Of a stretch of 64,000 nucleotides of DNA, positions 35,500-43,476 are shown in pieces. The stretch is taken from contig OZ244811.1 of the NCBI GenBank assembly GCA_965220105.1, positions 2,819,136-2,883,135 of the forward strand, written 5' to 3'. Position numbers and translations under genes: made by a program. The stretch comes from Dehalococcoidia bacterium. Its GTDB lineage: Bacteria; Chloroflexota; Dehalococcoidia; Lucifugimonadales; UBA3495. The notes below the pieces were generated by a model. That model made no database searches, was not told the DNA's origin, and saw nothing but the letters and a program-made list of their open reading frames with translations. Every line of letters starts with the position of its first letter. The first letter of the stretch is position 1.

Positions 35500-36958
35500 C
35501 TAGGCTTTACGCATAATTTAGAAAAAGTATAAAGACAGGGTAAGCTGGCCTGACCCCACTTTCAACGGAAAGGCCCAGCCATGCTCACCCTGCCCGATGC
35601 CATTGTAGCCGTTCTCGTTCCCTTCGCAACGCTGTTTACGAGCCCAACCTGGCGGAAAGCCCAACTGCTGCTGGTCGGCGCGATCCTGACCCCGGGCCAA
35701 CGCACCGTGGCGGCGGCACTGCGCGTCATGGGCCGCAGCGACCAGCGCGACTACGCCCGCTACCACGAGGTGCTCAATCGGGCGGTGTGGTCGTCCCGCC
35801 AGGCAGCGCGCATCCTGCTGGCGCTGTTGCTCCAGCACCTGGATGGTGGCGACGGCCCACTGATCTTCGGCATCGACGAGACCCTGGAACGGCGTCGCGG
35901 CGCCAAGATCAGGGCGCGGGCCATCTACCGCGACCCGGTGCGTTCCAGCCGGTCTCAGGTGGTCAAGGCCAGCGGTTTGCGCTGGATCTCCCTGATGTGG
36001 CTGGGCCACGTGCCATGGGCCGGACGCCATTGGGCCTTGCCGGCGCTCACGGTGCTGGCGCCTTCGACCCGTTACTACCAACAGCAGGGACGCCAGCACA
36101 AGAAGCTCACCGACTGGGCCCGCCAGATGGTCATGCAACTGCGCCGCTGGCTGCCCCACCGACCCCTGGCGCTGGTGGGCGACAACAGCTATGCCGTGCT
36201 GGATTTGCTCCACTGCTGCCAGTCCCTCCGTGAACCCGTTACCCTGATCGCCAGATTGCGTCTGGACGCCGCCCTGTATGCGCCAGCGCCACCCCGTCAA
36301 CCTGGCCAGAACGGTCGCCCGCCATTGAAGGGCCCGCGGCGGCCGCCGCTGAAAGTTTTCCTTGCGCAGACGGATGTAACTTGGGCCAGCGCCGAGGTGG
36401 CCTGGTACGACGGCATCACCCGCGCCGTGGAACTCACCTCCCAGACGGCGGTCTGGTACCGCTCCGGCAAGCCCCCCGTCCTCATTCGCTGGGTGCTGAT
36501 CCGAGACCCCCAGGGCTCCTTCGCCACTCAGGCCCTGCTCTGTACCGACCCGGCGGCGGACCCGACCCAGATCCTGGAATGGTTTGTACTGCGCTGGCAA
36601 CTGGAGGTCACCTTCCACGAGGTACGAACCCATCTGGGTGTGGAGACACAACGCCAGTGGTCCGATCTCGCCATCGCCCGCACCACGCCCGCCCTACTGG
36701 GACTCTTCTCCTGGACCACCCTGGCCGCCCACGCGTTGCAGAAACGGCGCCCCATGACCCAGCGCAAGGCCGCTTGGTACGACAAACCGTCGCCGACCTT
36801 CGTGGATGCCATCGCCCTGGCGCGTCGCCACCTGTGGCTGGCGTCGGAAGGTTTCTCACTGTCGGTCGCTGACCCCGACATTCAGGAACTCCCGGTCGCA
36901 CTGTACCACCGACTTGTAGATTCCCTTGCCTACGCCGCTTGAATTGCGTAAAGCCTAG
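35500..36958 (+). mobile_element. Insertion sequence, 1459 bp, IS701/IS4-like DDE type, with 5-bp target site duplication
   Basis: Termini CTAGGCTTTACGCA (35500-35513) and its reverse complement (36945-36958). CCAAG is duplicated at 35495-35499 and 36959-36963. Single transposase ORF. Confidence 0.9.
35581..36942 (+). CDS. DDE transposase (IS701-like; family call tentative)
   Basis: 453-aa ORF. The N-terminus FTSPTWRKAQLLLVGAILTPGQRTVAAALRVMG and DETLERRRG... resemble IS701/IS4-group transposases. Confidence 0.85.
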   Translation: MLTLPDAIVAVLVPFATLFTSPTWRKAQLLLVGAILTPGQRTVAAALRVMGRSDQRDYARYHEVLNRAVWSSRQAARILLALLLQHLDGGDGPLIFGIDETLERRRGAKIRARAIYRDPVRSSRSQVVKASGLRWISLMWLGHVPWAGRHWALPALTVLAPSTRYYQQQGRQHKKLTDWARQMVMQLRRWLPHRPLALVGDNSYAVLDLLHCCQSLREPVTLIARLRLDAALYAPAPPRQPGQNGRPPLKGPRRPPLKVFLAQTDVTWASAEVAWYDGITRAVELTSQTAVWYRSGKPPVLIRWVLIRDPQGSFATQALLCTDPAADPTQILEWFVLRWQLEVTFHEVRTHLGVETQRQWSDLAIARTTPALLGLFSWTTLAAHALQKRRPMTQRKAAWYDKPSPTFVDAIALARRHLWLASEGFSLSVADPDIQELPVALYHRLVDSLAYAA

Positions 36959-37233
36959 CCAAGGGGATGCAAAAGCCGTACGCATTCGCTTACGACACGC
37001 TCCTGCATTTCAAGATATGCGGCCAGTGGCTGCCTGGCTTCGTACCCCTTGCCCAAATTATATGGCGGCGAGGTAACAATCAGCTTCATGCTACCGTCCG
37101 GTTGGTCAGCCATGAAATCGAGATTATCCGCGCAGGCGATCACAAAATCATTTCTGGCCGCAGCGTCACCTGCATCCGGATGCAATTCCGAATCAAAAGT
37201 TAGCGGGAGGGCGTTGTCGACAGCGATGGTCAC
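36959..37233 (-). pseudogene. DNA methyltransferase N-terminal fragment (motif IV TSPPYNLG), disrupted by IS
   Basis: GTG at 37233: MTIAVDNALPLTF...MKLIVTSPPYNLGKGYE...RLLHPLG. Reading then runs into TAG supplied by the IS terminus. Confidence 0.85.
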
Positions 37234-37348
37234 GGTATATGCCTCTGTTAGCTCTTGGCGGTGTGAGAGGATTTTGGTTTACTTTCGGAAATGCGTCAAG
37301 CATGGATCTGTCACCGGTGTGAACCTCCCGAGCCGTGAGCAACGCAAA

Positions 37349-37371
37349 GGGCCGGGGACTGGCCCCGGCCC
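37349..37371 (-). terminator. GC-rich stem-loop, likely intrinsic terminator after the 73-aa gene
   Basis: GGGCCGGGG-actgg-CCCCGGCCC, followed on the minus strand by TTTGCGTTG. Confidence 0.45.
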
Positions 37372-37447
37372 TCCTCGTTTGCCTGCGCCACACCGTTCCT
37401 ACGATCCCCCTGGCGGCAGGCGGCGAGCGCGCAGAATGATCGGTTGC

Positions 37448-37669
37448 TTAAGTCTCCGGCAGGTAGGAGTAGTAGCGCACCCCGGCCATGGGAATCCCGT
37501 ACCCAAACCCCGGCATCGGGCGGTGCCGGACGCGCTCGACGGCCGCGTCTTCCACCCGGGCCCCGAATTCGCTGAGGATATCGGACATGTCCTGTTCGAC
37601 CCATTCGCTAAGCAACCCGGGCCGCTGGTCAAGCGCTTTGGTATTCAGGACTTCGTTGACAGTAACCAT
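37448..37669 (-). CDS. Hypothetical small protein (73 aa)
   Basis: Strong SD (AGGAGG 8 nt upstream of ATG), near-consensus promoter upstream and terminator downstream. No family recognised. Confidence 0.55.
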   Translation of the reverse strand: MVTVNEVLNTKALDQRPGLLSEWVEQDMSDILSEFGARVEDAAVERVRHRPMPGFGYGIPMAGVRYYSYLPET

Positions 37670-37708
37670 CGTTGCTTCCTCCTGTTGTGGTCTTCAACCA
37701 CATAACGT

Positions 37709-37752
37709 ATTGCGATTACCTTTATTATCATACGCAATCCTTGCTACGTCAA
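37709..37752 (-). promoter_or_regulatory. Near-consensus promoter TTGACG-17-GATAAT bracketed by a 6-bp inverted repeat (ATTGCG / CGCAAT)
   Basis: Read on the minus strand: -35 at 37752-37747 and -10 at 37729-37724. IR arms at 37709-37714 and 37733-37738 flank the -10 box. Confidence 0.4.
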
Positions 37753-37909
37753 GCATCAACATTGAATCTGAGGAAATTTCGCTACTCGATATTTGACTGA
37801 TGGGCAGTCGAAGCCAGCAAGCCGCCCGTTGGAGCGGCTTTCATCTGACGACGTGCGCTTGACGCACAACCACCACACTCTGCGACAGGAGCGATATTCC
37901 TTGGATAAA

Positions 37910-38239
37910 TCATTGCCCAAGGGCATCCCGTCGCTTGGCGGCTCGTTCATTCCGAAAACCCGCGAACAGAATCAAACCAATGTTGAGAATGATGGAGTTG
38001 GGTACTACCCACACCAGCACCGTGCCCTCATTAGTGGCCGCTTGAATGGTGACCGCGGACAAATACAGTATCGTGGACACCACCGCTATCACGCCTCCCA
38101 GCGGAAAGGAGATACCTAACCAGATCGCCAGCGTCGAGAATACCTCCCGACCGCTCTAGTGAGGCCGATTCAGAGTGAACAGCACGGCTCCAGCCGTCGG
38201 GACGACCGCGAAAAGAATAGTTACCAGAGTGGCACCCAT
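37910..38239 (-). pseudogene. Small 3-TM membrane protein ORF interrupted by an in-frame TAG
   Basis: Own translation: MGATLVTILFAVVPTAGAVLFTLNRPH-TAG(38158-38156)-SGREVFSTLAIWLGISFPLGGVIAVVSTILYLSAV...RNERAAKRRDALGQ. Could instead be two tiny ORFs. Confidence 0.3.
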
Positions 38240-38549
38240 GACGCCTCCAGACGATGAACTTTGAGGCTCCACCATGACGATGGAGCCTCAAGGCACACAA
38301 GATGCGTGCGTCCGTCTATCACGGGACGCTGGCGCTGATGAAAGACGACCAATCATTCGCTACTTCACCATTTCATTTCGGCTGCAGCACCGCCCAGAAT
38401 GCCTCCGACGGCGTTTCGAGCAACGGCTTTCATAATATCATTCCGTGTTCACGGACTAGCGAAATCGCCTTTTGAATCTGCGTTAAAATGCCTGGAAAAG
38501 TTCCGATCTCAACCCGCTGCATGGCGGCGCGGCCACGGGAGCATTCATC

Positions 38550-40640
38550 ATGACAAAACCAATTGGGGCTGATCTGTTTCGACACCTGCAATCGGTGGGA
38601 GACCCCGCCATCACGCCGGATGGAGCCCGGTGTGCCTACGTGCTGTCCTGGATAGACGCCGAAAGCGCCGAGAGTCGCTCCCGCATCTATCTACGCGTGA
38701 CGTCTGGTGACGGCGCATCCGACGAGGCGAGGCAATTTACCGGCGGCAACGCCGACTCGCATCCCCGGTTTTCGCCCGATGGCAGGATGCTGGCGTTCCT
38801 GCGTCCGGAGACCGGAAGCCCGGATGCCTCCCGGCAGGTTTGGCTGATGCCATCCGACGGCGGCGAGGCGTGGCAACTGACCCATCTGGCCAGCGGCGTG
38901 CGTGAGTTCGCCTGGGCCCCCGACTCTTCTCAACTGGCGCTCGTGTCCGACGTATGTCCGGATGAGCCGCCAGCCTCCAACGGCGCCGGCCCGGATGAAC
39001 CTAAGGTGCGGGAAGTTCGCCGGATTCGTTATCGTCACGATGCCATCGGCTGGCGGGGCGACTGTCATTTCCATCTGTTCATGGCTGACGCCAAATCCGG
39101 TGAAGCGGCCCAGCTTACCGACGGCGACTGGGACGACATGGCGCCGGCGTGGTCGCCCGACGGCAGCCGTATCGCCTTCATATCGGGTCGGACGGAGGAA
39201 CGGGACGTCACCGCTGCCAACGAAGTCTACGTAGTGAGCGTGCCGACGACTCAGTCTGCGGACGACGCCCTTCCGGAAGCCGTACTGTTGTCGGAGGGCC
39301 TGACCGACGCCGCTGCGGTGGCGTGGTCGCCCGACGGAGGGCGGCTGGTGGCGGCCGGCGCGGCCGGCGACGGCTTGATGGTTTTGTGGCAAGCCTACCT
39401 GTACGTATTGCAGCCGGGTCAGCCACCGCGCCAACTTACCGATGATGCTATTCGACCGTGCCTGGGCTACCCAGGCATCTCTCCACCGCTGGAGTTGCGA
39501 TGGGTCGGGGACGCTGACGATGGCGCCGACGATGGCAGCATCCTGTTCCTGGCCGACGCTGCCGGCGAGACGCGCCTGTACTCTCTGGCGGTGCCAACGG
39601 AGGGACGAACCTCGCTGCCCCAGGCCGTAACCGACGGCGGTGAGCTGGTGTCAGGAATGGCAATTGATGCTCGGGCGAACCGGGTTGCGTTGGCGTCGTC
39701 GGCGCCCGAGACGCCGGCGGAGGTTCACCTGGTGTCACTGGACGGCGCTGGCGGGTCTCGCCGGCGGCTTACTTCCCACAACGATGCCTGGCTGGCCGCG
39801 CACCCGCCGGCCCCGATGGAAAAGTTTGCGGTGAACCGGGCTGGGTGGGATATCGAGTGCCGCCTTTACCATCCGCCCGGTTTCAACGCAACGCAGCGCT
39901 ACCCGTTGTTGCTGGAGATTCATGGCGGTCCCAACGGCGCATTCTATGATTCGTTCGTGCCGTGGCACCAGGTTCCGGCGACGGCTGGATACCTGGTGCT
40001 GGCGGTGAACCCGCGAGGTTCGTCAACCTACGGCGAGGAGTTCGTCGACGCCGTGCTGGGCGACTGGGGCGGCGAGGACTACCTGGATTTGATGGCCGCC
40101 GTTGATGCCGTTTGCGCGCGGCCATACGTGGACGAGCAGCGGTTGCTCATTCACGGTTACAGCTACGGAGGCTACATGACCACCTGGATAATCGGGCACG
40201 ACGACCGGTTCCGGGGAGCCGTGGCCGGGGCCCCGTGCATCGACCTGTGGAGCATGTACGGCACGTCGGACATCGCCGCCAGCTTCGGGGAGGCGCAGTG
40301 GTCGGCGCGACCATCGGGCGGCGCTCCGTCGACCGTGCCCATGGTCAACGAGCTGGCTGAGGGCGTGGACGACCTGGCCTACCGATTGCTGCAACGTTCG
40401 CCCATCACATTTGCGCCACAGGTGAAGACGCCGGTACTGCTGCTGCATGGCGAGGCTGACGCCCGGTGTCCCATCGGCCAGAGCGAGCAGTATTTCCAGA
40501 TACTCAAGCGGCTGGACAAGGACGTGGAGATGGCCAGGTTCCCCGGGTGCGGGCACGGCTTTTTGCGTACCGGGCACGTCGCGCTGCGCCAGGCCTACCT
40601 GGAGCGGATGATGGAGTGGTTCCAACGCTGCCTGGGGTGA
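38550..40640 (+). CDS. S9 family serine peptidase (beta-propeller + prolyl oligopeptidase/acylaminoacyl-peptidase domain)
   Basis: 696-aa ORF with repeated PxFSPDG/WSPDG propeller motifs. GYSYGGYMT nucleophile motif, and a catalytic Asp/His region (LLLHGEADARCP, FPGCGHGF). Confidence 0.9.
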   Translation: MTKPIGADLFRHLQSVGDPAITPDGARCAYVLSWIDAESAESRSRIYLRVTSGDGASDEARQFTGGNADSHPRFSPDGRMLAFLRPETGSPDASRQVWLMPSDGGEAWQLTHLASGVREFAWAPDSSQLALVSDVCPDEPPASNGAGPDEPKVREVRRIRYRHDAIGWRGDCHFHLFMADAKSGEAAQLTDGDWDDMAPAWSPDGSRIAFISGRTEERDVTAANEVYVVSVPTTQSADDALPEAVLLSEGLTDAAAVAWSPDGGRLVAAGAAGDGLMVLWQAYLYVLQPGQPPRQLTDDAIRPCLGYPGISPPLELRWVGDADDGADDGSILFLADAAGETRLYSLAVPTEGRTSLPQAVTDGGELVSGMAIDARANRVALASSAPETPAEVHLVSLDGAGGSRRRLTSHNDAWLAAHPPAPMEKFAVNRAGWDIECRLYHPPGFNATQRYPLLLEIHGGPNGAFYDSFVPWHQVPATAGYLVLAVNPRGSSTYGEEFVDAVLGDWGGEDYLDLMAAVDAVCARPYVDEQRLLIHGYSYGGYMTTWIIGHDDRFRGAVAGAPCIDLWSMYGTSDIAASFGEAQWSARPSGGAPSTVPMVNELAEGVDDLAYRLLQRSPITFAPQVKTPVLLLHGEADARCPIGQSEQYFQILKRLDKDVEMARFPGCGHGFLRTGHVALRQAYLERMMEWFQRCLG

Positions 40641-40696
40641 CGAAATCGTTTTGATGGGCAGCACGGGACGAGATTGGGATCGAATCTGGGAGCGAA

Positions 40697-40740
40697 GATT
40701 CACCCTCACCCCAACCCTCTCCCATCGAGGGAGAGGGGCA
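40697..40740. repeat. Family B hairpin repeat
   Basis: ttcaccctcaccccaaccctctcccatcgagggagagggg. Confidence 0.85.
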
Positions 40741-40831
40741 GGTGGTTTGACACTGCCGGCGGCAATACCTTATCGTTCGCTTGCTTCCTAACCCAACGCC
40801 ACCAGACCCCACGCAACCAGGGGATTGACCA

Positions 40832-41035
40832 ATGACCACCGACAACTCGCCCGAAGGAAGGGTCAGGATACTGGCCGAACTGGTGGGCATAGCCATCGAC
40901 GATGCCGACCTTCCGGAGGTGGCCAATCGGTTCGACAGCCTGATGCAGGAGTTGGACCGGCTGGCCGATCTGGACCTGGAAGGAATCGAACCCGTGACGA
41001 TTTTTCCGGATGTAGAACCTCCGGACCCTGAATAA
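40832..41035 (+). CDS. GatC/AtzG-like small subunit partner of the adjacent amidase
   Basis: 67-aa acidic ORF ending 17 nt before the amidase start. LDLEGIEPVTIF resembles the GatC/AtzG C-terminal pattern. Size matches AtzG (about 68 aa). Confidence 0.55.
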   Translation: MTTDNSPEGRVRILAELVGIAIDDADLPEVANRFDSLMQELDRLADLDLEGIEPVTIFPDVEPPDPE

Positions 41036-41052
41036 CCCGCCTTCTTGCGAGA

Positions 41053-42495
41053 GTGCCGATGACCTCCTCCGCCAATCCCGACGACATCGTTTTCCTGTCT
41101 GCGGAAGTGACCGCTGCCGCCATCCGCGCCGGTCGGTTCACTGCTACCGACGCCGTCAACGCCTACCTTCGGCGCATTGACGCCGTGGACGGCGACATCA
41201 AGGCATACATCACCGTAACCCGAGAGGAAGCGCTGGGCGCGGCCTCGGACGCTGACGACGCCCTGCGCCGGGGAGATGAGGCAGTCAACGGCGCGTTGTT
41301 CGGCGTACCCATCGGCATCAAGGACCAGTTCAACACGGCGGGGATTCTGACCAGCAACGGCTCGCGCGCCTACGCCGACAACGTGCCCGGCGCCGACGCC
41401 ACCGTCGTAACGCGGCTGAAGAACGCCGGGGCAATTCTGCTGGGCAAGCTGAACCTGAGCGAATTAGCCATGGGCGGAACCGCCGATCCTCCCTATGGGA
41501 CGCCGCAAAATCCCTGGCGCCGGGAGCACACGCCGGGTGAGTCGAGCAGCGGCTCCGGGGCAGCGCTGGCGGCGCATCTGCTGGCGGCGTCGGTGGGCGA
41601 GGACACGGGCGGCAGCGGTCGAGGGCCGGCGTCCTACTGCAACGCCGTGGGCCTGCGACCCACGTTCACCCGCATCAGCCGCCACGGCATCACCCCGATG
41701 TGCTGGTTCATGGATGCTGCCTCTCCCATGACCAAGAACGTGGAGGATTGCGCGCTGGTGCTGGCCGCCATTGCCGGGTACGACCCTTTGGACCCGACCA
41801 CCAGCCGGCGACCGGTGCCAGACTATCGGGCCATGCTGGATGGCGACATCCGGGGGATGCGGGTGGGTCGGTTGACCGAGCACTGCAATTCGCCGGACAT
41901 GCACGCCGAAGTGCGGCAGGCCGTGGATGGGGCGCTGGAGGTGATGGCCCGGCTGGGCGCGGAGGTGGTGGACGTGTCGGTGCCGTTGACCGAGATTGCC
42001 GGCGCCATCTTCGTCGGCATCGCGGACACCGAGGGCGCCGGCGCCCGGGACGGCCTGATGCGGCGGGCTCCGGAGCAGCTGGACCGGGCGTCCCGGACAC
42101 GATTGCAGTCTGCCGCGCTGGTGCCGGCCAAGGTGCAGAATCGGGCGATGAAGGCACGGGTGCTGTTGCGCCGGCAGTTCGAAGCAGCCTTCAGCGGCCT
42201 CGATGTGCTGATTTCTCCCACCGCGCCATACCCGGCGCCCCGCCATGATGCGTTGACCGCCCCATTCGAAAACGCTGATGACGTGCGCCAGCGTTTCTTC
42301 TTCCGCCGGTCTTACACCGGATGCTACCCGCTGGCGGCGATGCCGGCGGTGTCGATTCCCGGCGGGTTCAGCTCGGACGGTCTGCCCATCGGCCTGCAAA
42401 TCGGTGGCGCACCCTTTGCCGAGGGTACGATTTTACGGGTTGCCTACGCCTATCAGGAGGCGACGGACTGGCACACGCGCCGGGCGCCGGTGTAG
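41053..42495 (+). CDS. Amidase signature (AS) family enzyme, GatA/AtzE-like
   Basis: 480-aa ORF with GIKDQF (Lys), GESSSGSGAALA and GEDTGGSGRGPAS (Ser-cisSer) signature blocks. Confidence 0.9.
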   Translation: MPMTSSANPDDIVFLSAEVTAAAIRAGRFTATDAVNAYLRRIDAVDGDIKAYITVTREEALGAASDADDALRRGDEAVNGALFGVPIGIKDQFNTAGILTSNGSRAYADNVPGADATVVTRLKNAGAILLGKLNLSELAMGGTADPPYGTPQNPWRREHTPGESSSGSGAALAAHLLAASVGEDTGGSGRGPASYCNAVGLRPTFTRISRHGITPMCWFMDAASPMTKNVEDCALVLAAIAGYDPLDPTTSRRPVPDYRAMLDGDIRGMRVGRLTEHCNSPDMHAEVRQAVDGALEVMARLGAEVVDVSVPLTEIAGAIFVGIADTEGAGARDGLMRRAPEQLDRASRTRLQSAALVPAKVQNRAMKARVLLRRQFEAAFSGLDVLISPTAPYPAPRHDALTAPFENADDVRQRFFFRRSYTGCYPLAAMPAVSIPGGFSSDGLPIGLQIGGAPFAEGTILRVAYAYQEATDWHTRRAPV

Positions 42496-42531
42496 TCGAA
42501 ACCGGTGTAGTCGGAACCGGTGAGGTCGGAA
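42487..42531. repeat. 15-bp tandem repeat x3 spanning the amidase stop
   Basis: ccggtgtagtcgaaa / ccggtgtagtcggaa / ccggtgaggtcggaa. Confidence 0.8.
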
Positions 42532-42544
42532 CAGGATGGTTGTC

Positions 42545-43417
42545 ATGCTGCGTAAAGCGATAATTCCCGCCGCCGGGTTGGGGACGCGGTTTTTGCCCAT
42601 CACCCGGTCGGTACCCAAGGAGTTGCTGCCCATCCTGGACCGTCCGATGCTGCATTACGTGGTGGCGGAAGCATCGGAGGCGGGCATCAGCGAGGTCATC
42701 GTCATTACCTCGCCGGGCAAGGAAGGGATTGCCGAGTATTTTCGGCCCCGGCCCGACCTGGAAGAACGACTTGCCGATGACGACGCGCTGCTGGGTCGGG
42801 TGCGGTCGGGCACCGACCTGGCCGATGTATCGTTTGTGATTCAGGAAAAGCCGCTGGGGTTGGGTCATGCGGTGTTGACGGCGCGGGAGGCGGTGGGCGA
42901 CGAACCATTCGCCGTCATCCTGCCCGACGATATCGTGGCGCATACGCCGGGGGTGCTGTCGCAAATGCTGGCGGTTGCCCACGACGGTGACGTTCCGCAA
43001 GCGGCGGTGGCGGTGGAGCGTTTGCCCTGGGAGGTGGTGCACAACTACGGCGTGGTGGACGCCGAACCGACCGGCGATCGACTCCACCGGGTGAACGGCC
43101 TGGTAGAAAAACCGCCGCCGGGAACCGCGCCGTCGAATCTGTCCATCGTGGGCCGATATATTTTGCCGCCGCAGATTTTCGAATGCCTGGAGCGGACGCC
43201 GCCAGGAGCCAGGGGGGAGATTCAGCTTACCGACGGGCTGGCGCTGATGATGGAGGACTTCCCGCTGTACGCCTGCGAGTTCGAGGGCGCCCGGTATGAC
43301 GGCGGCAACCCAATGGGGCTGCTGCGGGCGTCGCTGGAACACGCCCTGGCGCGCGCGGACACCCGGGACGCGGCGGTGGACCTGGTGCGGCGGCTGGCAG
43401 CGGAGTTGGGGGAGTAG
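42545..43417 (+). CDS. galU: UTP--glucose-1-phosphate uridylyltransferase
   Basis: MLRKAIIPAAGLGTRFLPITRSVPKELLPI is the canonical GalU N-terminus. The ATG at 42545 is better spaced from AGGA than the ATG at 42536. Confidence 0.9.
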   Translation: MLRKAIIPAAGLGTRFLPITRSVPKELLPILDRPMLHYVVAEASEAGISEVIVITSPGKEGIAEYFRPRPDLEERLADDDALLGRVRSGTDLADVSFVIQEKPLGLGHAVLTAREAVGDEPFAVILPDDIVAHTPGVLSQMLAVAHDGDVPQAAVAVERLPWEVVHNYGVVDAEPTGDRLHRVNGLVEKPPPGTAPSNLSIVGRYILPPQIFECLERTPPGARGEIQLTDGLALMMEDFPLYACEFEGARYDGGNPMGLLRASLEHALARADTRDAAVDLVRRLAAELGE

Positions 43418-43476
43418 TCGGTTCGCGGCCGGGGTTCCCGGGATATCCGACCCACGTCCAGCCGTACCCGCTTTCA

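Noticed and set aside
37193-37448. Controller (C) protein gene for the BglII-like R-M system
   Set aside because: The only ORFs in this spacer are Arg/Pro-rich and lack an HTH. The 73-aa gene further upstream is separated by a terminator and also shows no Xre-type HTH.
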